NCBI RefSeq assembly: GCF_009834535.1
Contig: NC_045712.1
Span: forward strand, 24,738,001-24,802,000
Direction of reading: 5' to 3'
From: Camelus ferus
Taxonomy: Eukaryota
DNA length: 64,000 nucleotides
The translations under genes were made by a program, and so were the position numbers. Under the pieces are notes generated by a model. It worked only from the letters and a program-made list of their open reading frames with translations. It searched no databases and was not told the origin of the DNA. Of the stretch, positions 11,631-24,765 are shown in pieces (position 1 is the stretch's first letter; every line of letters begins with the position of its first letter).

Positions 11631-14589
11631 TAAGTGGGTGCTTTTATCCCCCCGCCCCATGCTGCTGCCTGTCAGAGGGCATAAAGACCACCTGCCAGTC
11701 CCACTGCCACATCCTGAGAAGGGGGTCTGTTTATGTTGCGGGAACAGCTATGGAACAAGCTGAGTCCCCTGGAGGCTGAACCCTTAGGAATGGGGTGATG
11801 ACTGTGGCAGGTCAAGGCCCTGGCCTTTCATGCTCCTGAAAATAGACTCTGATCATCACTTAGGGGGTGGGGTGGGGTCAAGTTCAGGGTGCAGGCTAGA
11901 GAGCCAGCAGCTCTGGGGTGCTCATCCCAGCTAGCGCGGGGCAGCGCAGTTCTGAACCTAAAACAGAGGCACACTCCGCCTCGCACCTCAAGCCCTCCCA
12001 TCCCCTCCATAGGCTCTCTCAGTTGGCTGGGAGGCTGTGGCCCTTTCTCTCCCCGACCTCATCCAGCAATCCTTGGGCGTCACAGTGCTCCTGGTCTTGC
12101 ACCATTGTCCCCAGCAAGTCTCAGACCACTGAGCCATAAAAGGAGACCCACTAGCAGAAGCCACAGCCAAGGCTGACTTCCCAGACTCCACAGGGAACCG
12201 CCTCAGGTTACAAGCTTGGCCCAAATGCCCCTGACTCCAATGCTCCAGCTGCCAAGGCGGACAGCACTCGGTCAAGGCCAGGAGCGGAGGAAACACTGTG
12301 AGCGGCCTCCTTCTTGTCCTATCCCCACCAGACACTGGGGGGTGGGGCAGGCTTTCAGGGTGACTAGGATGAGTAAGATGAGTCCCGAGCACCTGACCAG
12401 CCCCCATCTGTCCTCCGCCTGCTCTCAGCCCGCAGGCTGTGGAGAAGAGGCAAGCCAGGCCCGAACCCATGAGACAGATAGAAGGTGGCAGCCCGAGAGG
12501 GGAGGGACTGAGCGACAGCAGAAGAAACAGAGATGGGCAAGAAGGAGAGGGACAGGGAGGCAGAGAAGACAGAAAGAGGGAAAGCAGCACAAAGAGAAAG
12601 TAGCAAGGACAAAGCCCTCGTCTAAAGAAAAAGGCAAACCTAATACCAAACCTGCAAAAAAAGCAAAATCAATCTTCTCAGCATCCCTGATCCATCCAGT
12701 GCTAAAAAGGCCTCCTGAGGCTCCTCATCCTCAAAAAGGCCCACCTGGTGCTCCTGCTGTAAACCGGCCCCCATGGTTCCCACACAGCAGGGTGCTCATC
12801 ACAATGACACAGGGCCTAATCCACTTAGTTCCAAAAGGGCAGAGGTGGGGAGGCGTTTCTTTCACATCATTCTTTCCAACCCTGCAAGGGGCTGGCTTCC
12901 CCAGGTGCAGGGTAAGCCCAAGTGAGGCCTCATGAAGGCCAATAAAGTGCCACCAAAAACTGTACCCAGGCCGCCCCAGATGAGATCTCCGCTCTCTGAC
13001 AGCGTCTGTGGGCCTGGGCAGTCTCATAGCAGGAGCCCAGGGAGAGTTAGCTACCCAGACCGCATCCCGTTCCCCACCACACATTCAAATCCAGGGTTCA
13101 ACTGCACCAAAATGATGGTGGTTTTGCAAAAAATTCCAAAACTGCCTTTTTCCAAGGTCACTTGGGGAGAAAGTAGCAGGAAGGACTTTAAGCACAGAGC
13201 CCTGTTCCTCTCTCAACCCCAGGTGGCCTCTCATGTGGAGCCACACGAGACCTCGAACAGGTGGGACAAAGGGCAGCAGAACCGAAGTTCTCCTGGGAAA
13301 ACATGGGAGCCTGTGGGAGTCCATTGGAGCCATGATCCCCCTGCCCTGAGAGCAGCAGACTCACCTATCCGGGTGGGACCTGGTGAACACTTTTACAATA
13401 CAGGTGTGCTGCGAAGACGCCCTCACCTAGGGATGACCACTGTCCCCAGCTCTTGCCTGGTGGCCATCACCTTGGGACACATGGCAGCCCGTTGCCAGGA
13501 AAGGAGGCTGGGGGGGCTACAGAGCCAGATGCTCCACCTGCTGCCCCCTCACAGGGGTCTCCTATGATGATGTGTCAAGGAGGTCCTGGGAGAGGAAGAC
13601 AAGGGATCAAAGTAGGAAACAGCTTCCCCAAGTGCAAACCTCAGCAGAGACATAACAGACCTCTGTTGTCATAGAGACCAGGCCCTGAACTGAACAACAG
13701 CCCAGGTGACCCAGAAGCCCCTACAAAACCCCTGGCAACAGTGGTCCACAAGGGTGGTCCTGGTGATGCTAGAAAAATAAGCTCTGGGAGAAGGAGGGAA
13801 GATTTTTGCCCACCTAGTGGGGAAGGTCACCAAAGAGAGAGGCCTCTAGTGGACGACCTATGAATCTGAGTTGTGGGCAGATGGAGAGTGAGAGTCACCT
13901 CTGGCCTTTTCTCTCCATCCTTCAAGCCCTATGTAAACGCCTCTTCTTCCGGGAGCACTTTGGTCCCTCCACAGCTCCCCAGAGTTTGTCAGGGCCCGGA
14001 CCCCAGCCCTGCTGAGATGAGCCATATCTGACCAGGACACAAGACTCGGGAGTGGGGAAGTGGTACTGCACAGCAGGTGCTGAGCTGTCCAAGCCAGACA
14101 TGTCGTCACACCCTGGGTCTTCCTCTGTCATCCACATCCTTCTCAGACCAGAGGCCTGCATTAAAGCTGGCAATGTCTTCCAGAAACCGCCCCTGGCTGG
14201 CCCGGTCCTGACAGTTTTCTCTCCCCCACTCACCAACCTGACTTCCTGCCTGTGGCACCCTGGACTCTGCTAGGCTGCGCTTGCCTGAAATTCAGAAGGC
14301 CTGGGACGAACCACACAACCTTTCTGGTGCAGTCCCACGGCCATCATGGTCCTCGTGCACTGGCCTTGCATGACCACCACCACTTACAGGCACAGAGTCC
14401 TGTACAGTGAGGGAGCTAGGCAGGTACAGACAAATACCAGCAGCATCACTTAGGACCCAGGGGAACCATGGAGGACGTTGCCAGCATCCTTCCAGGGGCC
14501 AAGTCTCAGAGACCCTCCCATGTCCCCACAGACTTGCACGAGGCATGAGATGACTAAGGTGCTAAGACTCTGTCATCAAACTGCCAAGG

Positions 14590-14725
14590 CTCATGTCCCA
14601 GCCCTGCCACTCACCAGCTGTCCACCTTGGGCAAAGCATTCACCTTTATGAGTATCAGTGTCTTCAACCATAAAATGGGAATAACAAGTTAGGTAAGATA
14701 ACACGTATTGCACACTGAGAACAGG
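14590..14725 (+). mobile_element. MIR SINE
   Basis: cccagccctgccactcaccagctgtccaccttgggcaaag...agtatcagtgtcttcaaccataaaatgggaataac. Confidence 0.65.
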
Positions 14726-17700
14726 GTCAGCCAGACAGAACACTCTGGAAAACTGTTAGCTATTTACAAGAATATTAGAATCCACAACCCCAAGGCCTGA
14801 CACCTGGACAGATGGCAGTCACTTCCTGGGTGGGAAGGGAAAAAGGTTCTGGGAGTCCCAGCAGAGGGAATCCCAACAGTAGCCAGGAGCACAGCTTCTA
14901 AAGCTGTGACCAAGGCCGGCTAGGCAGGGTGTGAAGCATCTCAAAACAACCCACCTCCGCGGAAAACCCACAATTGGCATTTCGTAGGGTTTGATGCCCT
15001 CCTTAGGATGCTCATTTAAAAAGCAAATGGCCTACTCCTGGCAGTTCCAAAGGCTCCACTTGAGTGTGGTAGTGCTTGACCTCCTCAGAGCCTTTCCTTC
15101 CAGGAGATGGGCAGCCTGTGGAGATGTTCAGGTGCAGTGAAACCACTACTGCAGACTCCAGACCCCACTGTACAGGGCTGCCAGCCCTCCACATGCTTCC
15201 TGATTTGTTGACTCAGTAAACAAGAGGCCCCGCAGATGCTGATCTGACCGGTCTGGAGATGGCAGGTGAAGGAGTGGCAGCTGCCAGATGAGAAAGTACC
15301 TGGCTGTCCTGGCAGCCCCACCCAGCCTCAAATCCAGCTCTACAGCACCAGCTCCAACAGGCCAGCCCCACCTGTGGAGCAATGCAGGGATTTCCTGGGC
15401 ATGGGGATCTGGCACCCCACCACTCCACTCCACAAAGACAGTAAGAGGAGGGCGCTGGGAGCCCTGGGGGCCTCCAACAGGCTCCAGTGGACCCAGAGCC
15501 CAGAGAGCAGGGGCAGAAAGAAGACTCCATTTCTCCTCCCATGTGCAGAACCCCTCTTTTATTGTTTTTATTTAAGTCACTTCTGCCTGCCAAGAGGCTG
15601 AGGACCACAAGTGGGCTTGGCAGGAAGTCAGGAGGGAAGAGGATTCTGGCCTCTGCTATAATCCGCCCTCCCAGTTAAGCCATGTGACTTCTGACCACTA
15701 ACTCCAGGTTCCAATTTTCATATATGGGATAAGGATTGAGGGGCTGGATCTCAGCTATGATGGGGTGACTGATGGGGGACAGATGGGCAGAGCTGTGTCC
15801 AGTTAGGAGTGAAGCTAAGGGGTGTCAATTAACCAGTTAGGACTGGAAGGGGTCACAAGCAAGAGGTCAGTAGGAGGCAGTCCCCTGCCCTGGATACTTG
15901 GCAAGCAGACCTCCAGTTCCTGCCAAAGGGACAGCAACAAGTGCTAAGGGTGGAATGGAGAGTGGACTGACAGCACTGGTGGCGGAAACTGGCCTTGGGA
16001 GGGAGCCGCTGAGTGTGAATGAGGCCAAGATAGACCAAGCCAGTGATCAGGGGCTGAGGGAAAGGGGAAGAGGCCCAGCTCCCCAAGGAGGAGGAGTCTA
16101 CTTCTCTAGGGCCCCCAAAGAGCAGCAACAGCTACAGGGACAGCGACCACAGCTCTTCCTGCTTTATGAGCGCCTGCCCTGTTTCAGGCTTCATACTAAG
16201 CACTATCTGCCACCTTGAGCAACAGGACCAGGAGAATGGGCATAGAGAGCGATCAAGACGCTAGACCTGGACCACCAGGAAGGAGTGGGCTGGACAAATC
16301 CAGGCTACAGGACAAGGACAGGCCAGCCTGGGGACCTGGGATGGTCTGGGGAAGCTGAGAGACACAGAGCCCAGGGCCTCTACTTAGGCTGACCTGGAGC
16401 AACTGGAGAAGGGGCTAGGTAGAGGCAGAGAGAGGGCTGAGACCCATTCACAGGCTGGCTGAGCTCCTGGGGCCCAGGCCTGCCCATGTGCTGAGGTCCC
16501 CCTGTCCTGGGCCTCCTGGGTAGGGAGCAGAGGCTATAAGCAGAAAGGTGCCCCCTCCCTCCTCAAAGCAGAGTCATCACTCACAGTATAGGTACAAAGT
16601 GCTTCAGGCTGTGTTTGTCCCATCTTGAAAGATGGAGTGAACCTGCCCAGTAGGGTACGGACTTTTAGGCTTGGTCACTGGAGAGGGTGGGGGTTGGCAA
16701 GAACAGGAAGGTGCTGGGGTGGGGTCCACATCTAATCCATGTCCCCCTGGAGGGCCAACCTAGGGTCAGGTCCTGAAGGTCTCAAGCCAGTAGCCCTAGT
16801 CACACTCACCCCTGAAGCCTTAAGGGGTTCTGTAAGCCTGTCCCAGTTCCCAGCCCAGAACAGAGAGCACTGAGGCCCTAGATTCAAGAGAAGATGCCTT
16901 GGAAGTTGTTGCAGTCACAAGTTCCCCCAAGTTACTTGTTAGACACAGCACCTATGGGGAAGGGCCTAGACCCAGTCCTGGGTCTAGGCCAGCGCTGCCT
17001 GGGCCCATGATCTCTAGCCTCTCACACTCTCCATTCCTCCCTCACAGCATCTGGAGTACCACAGGGGCTGGTCAGAGCTCAGCCCTGGCTCACAGGGCCA
17101 AAGCCTCAGTATTAAGAGGTACTCTGGCCTCAGTCAGCCTCTTGTCTACCCAGACTGCCCCCTGACCCTAGCAGGGCTGAAAGGGCTAAGACAGTGCTGA
17201 GGAAGAGGGTGGAGATTCTCACTTCTCACCCCATTACCCCCATCTCCCCTCAGAAGAGCCACCTTTTCCCTGAAGGACTCAGAGAATCCCCTGCCTGGGG
17301 CTCCAAAAGGGCCCCCTAACCCCACTCCACTGCTGAGTTAGTAAGCCAAGAAGCTGTGCCTGAGACCTAGCCCCACCGGCCCAGCCCTGAGCATCCTCAA
17401 GACCCATTCTCATGATCCCTTCCAAGATCACCCTGGGGAGACGACTATTAGTCCTAGTGCCACTGGGGAAGACAGAGAGTTAGGCCCAGGCCCCTGCTCA
17501 GACACTTGCAAACCCTGCATGCTAAATAAGTCCTGTAGCCTCTCCAGAGCTGCTCCAGTTTCTTTACCAATTACTCTACATGCATCATTTCATCCCAAGC
17601 TCACATCAACTCCTTATCTTATCAACCCTTGCAGAGAGGCAGAAACCTGATTTCAAGAGTCCAAAGAGCTAGTCCAAGGTCATGGAGCTGGCAAATACAG

Positions 17701-18630
17701 GCCAAAGATTAGAGCTACATCTGCAGGACTCTGTGCTCAGGCTTATGATTGCAATGACTATAAAATGAGAAGATCCTTGCTGTAGTCTAACCTCCAGGAG
17801 CCACTCTCCTTGCCATGCTCTACCCACCCAAGTGGCCACTGGCACAAACTGCAATTAAGTAAAGTTCCCAGTGATGACAGATTCAAGGGATTCTGGGTAT
17901 GGGGCAGGGTCCTAGGCCCAGAAGTATGTGGCTAGATCAGCCATCCCCAGGACTGCCTGGATTCCACCTGTATCAGTGAGGTCTTAGCCAGGCCTACAGC
18001 GGCATGACGTGGCTAGATGGCTGGCCTGCCCTCTGCCCAGGAAACAGGGTGGGTCAGACTTGAAATAGGGCCTGCCCCTTTCAACATGGGTCTGGTGACT
18101 CAGCTAGAGCCCATCAGCACCTTCCTGCCCACAGGTGTGATGGGCATCAGCCTTGCCCACCAGCCAGCCCTAAGAGGCTCCCACCACTGCAGCCGGGCAG
18201 GCAGGGGCCACAGGAAAATGTAGCCCCACCTCAAGCTTTCATGGGGACTCAGTCACAGGCAGAAAGAAACTCAAACCCATTTCAGTCAGAAGAGCTTTTC
18301 ATGGAAGGAACAGCCAAGCTGAGTGAAGGTCCTCCTTGGGCCCAAACACATAAGCCCAGCCAGAAACCCAGAATCAGGAGCCACTCTTTCCCTACTTCCG
18401 GGTACAGCAGGCTCTACTCATACTGACTCCACCCCCTGCTCCCTGGGACACCATGAGCTTAGCTAGGCTAAGCCTCAGTTTCCCCATCTCTAAAGGAAGA
18501 AGGACCTGACTTTACAAGGAAGTTTGAGGATGAAAAGTGCTGCTGAGAGTAAGATTAACAGGGGCCCTGGGCATTTCCTGTACCCACAGGCCTCTGCTGT
18601 TGGGCCCTCCAAGTCACCTACGCAGCACTA

Positions 18631-19560
<930 letters not shown>

Positions 19561-19671
19561 TGTGAGCCCCGAATTTTACCAACCACTAGGGAAGTGAAAG
19601 CACAGATGTCTTGTTTCTGTTGGAGATTCAGGTAGCCTCTTGAGTCGGTTGTTTTCTCTGCACGTTGCTAG

Positions 19672-19840
19672 GAGCAGTGAGGGGAAACCATGCATTCTGA
19701 CTCACCTGGGTTAATTGGTCAGTTGCAAAACATGTATCCATGATGTACCCATGTGGGGAATGTGTGTAAGCATTGGTACCGGTATGGACACCGCAAGGGG
19801 ACAGACATCACCATTGCGTACTTTTTACCTTTCTGTATGT
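19672..19840. repeat. Left arm of a 169-bp inverted duplication
   Basis: Reverse complement of 21626-21794 with only 2 mismatches (19736/21730 and 19818/21648). Confidence 0.98.
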
Positions 19841-19859
19841 AACTTGTAAGTCTTCTGAC

Positions 19860-20190
19860 TTCCTTAATAGTGACCGATCGCCAGAGTACCTAAAGTCTTA
19901 ATTTTTGCCAACATGCCAAGTGAAATGCAATTTTGTGATTCTCGTCTCTCTGGTTCCTGGTGGCTCTGGGCGTCTCTCTAGCACTGGCATCTCTCCCTTT
20001 CTGTGCATCTCTTGCTCATATTCTGTTGGGAATACAGCGTCCTTGGACCAAAATTCTAAATTCCCATTTGGTCAGATCCATCAACTTTTCACCTTATGGT
20101 TTGAGCTTTTGGTGTGTTTAAAAAGCCCCCTCCTTCCACTCCAGTGGCAGATATTCTTTATTAGCTAAATGGTTTTCCCTTCCACATTTA
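19860..20190 (-). mobile_element. Degraded L1M fragment
   Basis: aatttttgccaacatg... and atcaacttttcaccttatggtttgagcttttggtgtgtttaaaaag resemble antisense L1M. Confidence 0.5.
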
Positions 20191-21084
20191 GGCCTCTACT
20201 CTGAGCCCATCTTAGATTACCTTACATAAATAAACCGGTTTTCCCATCCCAGGCTGTTAACTCTCATTTCACAGATGAGAAAACTGAGGACCCCTGAGAG
20301 GAAACAACTTGTCTAGAGCCGCAGGGTGTGTGGCTGTCTCCTTGGACAAATCTACACTACTCCCGTATATCCTTCTCACACCCCGCCCCCAATCCCAAAC
20401 GAGGTGTCGTGCTTGGGACTGGGAAGGTGCGAGGTGGGGCAGGATCCCTGCACGGTCCTCTGCTGCCATCTACCGACCATTAACGGGACTGCAGGAACGC
20501 GACCTCTGTCCCAACCATGGGTTATCTATGTATATGCTTAAGTATTCAAAGGTATCTTCTGGCTCTGGGATTGGGGCCCCGCAAGCTCCCTGTCCTATGC
20601 ACCCCCAACACACATACACACACATGTGGATGCACACTGATGCCTTATCCAAGCTCTTCAGTGCAGCAACTCCAGGAGAAAGGGCACCCTCTCTGTACAG
20701 TGATTGAGCTGGATGAGGGTGTGTTGAGGGTCTGCTCTGTTTCCTTAAGGAGACCTTCAAGCTAGCAGGGTTCAGAAAAGCAGAGGCCCTGAAGATAGTC
20801 TCAACTAAGAGTACTGAACCATCCTTTTGGACCAGACACTGGGGAAGTGCTCTATCTGGCACCCCATGACCTCACTGGGACTGGAGACGGGAGGGCAGTA
20901 CCAATCCCACACAGCCTGCAACACAGACACATAAGACAGACAAGTCTTGAGAGGTCAAGAAACCTGCCTGAAGTCAGTAGCTGTCATGGCAGAGCCCCCA
21001 TCCCAACCCCCAAAGAACAACTCCAGGGCCCAGCTCTCACCCTCAAATTATGCCCTCCTCTCCTGTGCCCCTCTGCCCCCTCCC

Positions 21085-21200
21085 ACATCCATATGTACAT
21101 ATTCTCACACGTGTTCACATATGCACAATCACACATTTACATGTGTGCACACATGCACATAGAGATACACAGGCATGCACACAACACACACACATTCATG
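21085..21200. repeat. Degenerate CA/CATA-rich low-complexity tract
   Basis: Interrupted cacat/acat units. Confidence 0.8.
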
Positions 21201-21564
21201 CCTAGCTGGACCAGGACTTCTCTCCTTGAGCCTCACCTGAGAATCTGATCCAAGATCCCAGAGCCTTGAATAAAGCCTGTGATCCAGATATTTTCATTGC
21301 TTGGAGACTAGAAAAGGATCCTCCTTCTTCTGTGGGGGTGGCTGGTTTGAGCCAGATGAACCCAAAGCTGAGCAATGTTTCATTCTGGACAAGCAGGTCT
21401 CGACTCATAAGCAGCAGGCTAGGGAGTTGAGGGTGGAGGCAGGCTCCTTGTCACAGACAAGGACTTCTCTGCATGCCATGGTCTCTGAGATATCTTATTT
21501 TCTAAAAATAGAGTTAGATTACAATTGTTCTAAAATTTTTATATTTGTAGTTTTCAAACTGGTC

Positions 21565-21850
21565 TCTTTTTATTAAAAATTTTAATTGCATAAGTAAAAC
21601 TTGATTGTTATATAATAAATAAAAAACATACAGAAAGGTAAAAAGTATGCAATGGTGATGTCTGTCCCCTTGCGGTGTCCATACCGGTACCAATGCTTAC
21701 ACACATTCCCCACATGGGTACATCATGGACACATGTTTTGCAACTGACCAATTAACCCAGGTGAGTCAGAATGCATGGTTTCCCCTCACTGCTCATGTTC
21801 CAGTAAGTATCTGCCACCTGCCCACTGATGGGAGGATTTAGTATTTGGGA
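21565..21850 (-). mobile_element. Degraded L1ME-like 3' end containing the right duplication arm
   Basis: T-rich start followed by aaacatacagaaagg, atgggtacatc...tgttttgcaact and cccactgatgg, which resemble the antisense L1ME 3' UTR. Confidence 0.45.
21626..21794. repeat. Right arm of a 169-bp inverted duplication
   Basis: Read base by base against 19672-19840: 167/169 identical. Confidence 0.98.
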
Positions 21851-24383
21851 TGGCTGGGCCAGGGCAGGGGTGGGTTCATGGTGGCAGATTCTGCCACACA
21901 GCCCTTCATGATAGCTGCACATCTATGGGGATGGGGGCTGAGGCCTTTGGAGTAGCTTACAATGACCAAGGGGTCCAGTAAGTGCCTGAACAGCATGGGA
22001 GGGGGGCAGCTGAACCCTCCCTCCCCCAACACACACACACTGTTCTTTGAGAAGAGAGGCTGCACATGTGAGAGTATAGAGACAAATGAGCCAGACCTTG
22101 AGGAAGGAACTCCCGTATAGTCTCGTGACCCATCTTCTGACTGTTCTGAGTGGGGAGGGGCAGAGAGATCCTGCAGCAAGGCCAGTTCCTGGGGTGCAAG
22201 GCAGGGGTTTTTCTGCAAGGGAGAATCTAAGGCGATTTGACACAAGAAACTAGGAGAGGAATTGCCACTGGGTGTCAGTGTTGGCCCAGCAATCAGGGCA
22301 AGAGGTGATAATTAGATGGCTCCAGGGACTCACAACACCTAGGGCAAGCAGGCACCTGGGGCAAAACAGAGGCATATCACTGTCCCCAGCATGCCTGAAA
22401 GGTGCATTACACTGTCAAATTCACAAAGGACGGTTGGAGGGCAAAACCCTTGGGGCCCTTTAGTTTACACACAGAACTGCATAATCACCGACTTCTGTAG
22501 GGGGCTTTCAAGGGGACATCCTTGGTGCTCGGCCATTGACTGGCCAGGAGACAGGGAGGCTTCACTGAGGACCTGAAAGTTGGATCCCGAAGGATGCCTA
22601 GAAGCTGGCATGTCGCAAGAAGAGGAAGTGTGGGGAGGGATGGGGCCTGAGAGATCTAGGATATACTGTAACCTCTCTCTGCCTCAGTTTCATCACCTAT
22701 TAAGAGGGGGCAATATGTAGTAGTAAGAAAATAAAATGGGGCTGGAAATTGCTGAGCACACCTGGCACATAGTAAGTGTTCAGTAAAGTAGAGTGAGAAG
22801 GAAGCGGTACAGTATTAGGGTAGAGAGCTTGGGATTTGTCCCCACAGAGAACTAGGTTCAAATCCCAGCTCTGTTGCTTGGCAACTGCGAAGGCCCTTTG
22901 CCTTCACAGTAATGCAGGGCAGTAGCCAGTTCCTACTGAAGAGATAGCATCTGACGCAGGAGCCCCAGGCTGGGATCTCCAGGTGCCCCAGCCGTCAAAG
23001 TGAGTAACAAGGGTTCCACGCCCATCAGCATCCCATTAAAGGAGCTTCTAGCCTATTTTGGTGGGGCTACACTGAAGCTCAACTTCTCTTTAGGAAATTT
23101 ATGGAGAAGTGGATTCCCTGAAGTCACTTCTCATTTGAACCAATTATTTTGTCATTTTGTCCTGTTTCACAGGGCTTTGCTTTTGGATCTCTCTGTTTTT
23201 CATCTCCTCCCAGGCAGGGCAAGCTCAGCCCTGTCTGCCCTGGGGAAAGTCTGGACACTACCATCCAGGCCTCTGGACACTGCCAGCAGTCTGTCATCCC
23301 TGGCAGGAGATCTGAATCTTACCTTCTTCCCTGGGAACATGAGGATACACATTGGACAGTGGGGAGTGGGGAGCAGACCCTGTCGTTTCCCCAATTCTCT
23401 CCCTCTCTTTCTGGCCTAAGGGCTTGGAGAAGGTGTACGTAGTCCCTATAGTCTTTCAAGATGCTTCCTGGGGAGTCCAGTGAACTCAGAAAAGGTGGAG
23501 AGGATTGCAGGTAGGAGCATGGGCTTCTGACTTTTGTTCCTGGGGCTCAGTCTTGTCTGCATAGTGGGGGCAATACCAGCTGTTGAAGATAAAGTGTAGC
23601 AAGTGCTCCATGTAGATGGGAGGGGGTGTCACTGCTCCTTCTCTCTACCTTATCATCCTACAGTTTCTCTCTGGGTGTTTGGAGCTCCAGGTCTCCCACA
23701 TTTTTAGGAGGCCCACCAATCCAGAGACAGATGTAGACTGTCCAGTGGGCTGAGCTGGGGGCTCACTATCCTTGCCTGCCTCCCCAAGTCAGTAGTCATT
23801 TCTTCCCTGACTGGAGGGCCTGCCAGAGGCCAGCTTAGGGTCGAGACTGAATGGCCCTGCTTGGTGCAAATGTTGCTATGGTGACTTTTCCCCCAGGTCT
23901 CAGAGAAAACGTTCTTGCCTGGATCCTTTTGGCTGTGGTGATGTCAGGATTGACCCCCGTGGACCTGCTCGGTTCTGAGTACTCCTTCCACATCTTTTCC
24001 ATCCCCCAATGTCCCTCTTCAAACCATATCCCATGCGACCCACACACAGAGTCCAGGTGCAGCCCACAGGGGGCGCCCGCACACCAAACCGCCTTGAAGA
24101 AGACGAGCCCGTGACCCCGCCCTCCTGCTGTCACCACTTCTTCAGAGATAAGAGGTCCTGTCCCCAAGGAAGGGGAATGCCCGAAGAAAATCTGGACTTG
24201 GGTCTGTAGAACACCGGCCCCTCCCTGGCCTTCTGCTCGGTCATTCCCTAGTGGTCTCTAGGTCAGGCTCAACCCCACATAGTCACGTCAGCCTCGGGTC
24301 CAAGCGCTATAATTGGTCCTCCTCAACCACTCTGCTCCTCCTCCTGCACTTCGATTGGTCGGTGAGCGGGGTCCCGCCCCATT

Positions 24384-24403
24384 TTCCTGGAAAGTTCTTG
24401 GAA
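24384..24403. promoter_or_regulatory. CISH promoter distal STAT5 (GAS) pair
   Basis: TTCCTGGAA (24384-24392) and TTCTTGGAA (24395-24403). Matches the known four-site STAT5 promoter of CISH. Confidence 0.93.
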
Positions 24404-24500
24404 ATCTGTCAAAGGTGTTTCCTTTAGCGGCCCTCGGCCCAAGACTAGGGAGCCGACGCCTCTGCCCGCACCTCTCCCCGCCGGGCCGCACAGCCGGCGG

Positions 24501-24526
24501 TTCTAGGAAGACATCGCTTCCGGGAA
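24501..24526. promoter_or_regulatory. CISH promoter proximal STAT5 (GAS) pair
   Basis: TTCTAGGAA (24501-24509) and TTCCGGGAA (24518-24526), 8-bp spacer. Confidence 0.93.
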
Positions 24527-24745
24527 GGGCTGGAACTCAGAGGACAAAAGATTAGGCTGCTCGCCCCGCCCCGCCCTCCCGGCCTGCCCCCCGCTCCCTT
24601 CAGGCCCGCCCGCACCGCCACCTCTCAGTCCCTGCCCGCCGCCTGTGCGCCCCGGGACCCAGACCTGCGAGCGCGACCCGCTCTCTCCAGCCACCGCCGT
24701 CTGGCCGAGCCCCAGCTCCGGAGCTGCCGCTGCCGCTGCCGGGAC

Positions 24746-24765
24746 ATGGTCCTCTGCGTTCAGGG
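24746..24765 (+). CDS. CISH: CISH coding exon 1 (MVLCVQG)
   Basis: gacATGGTCCTCTGCGTTCAGGG|gtaag: the CISH N-terminus followed by a phase-2 donor. Confidence 0.96.

Noticed and set aside
12216-12935. 239-aa plus-strand ORF and overlapping 200-aa minus-strand ORF
   Set aside because: They arise from a purine-rich low-complexity tract in MAPKAPK3 intron 2, start at a non-ATG codon or lack context, and have no recognisable domain.
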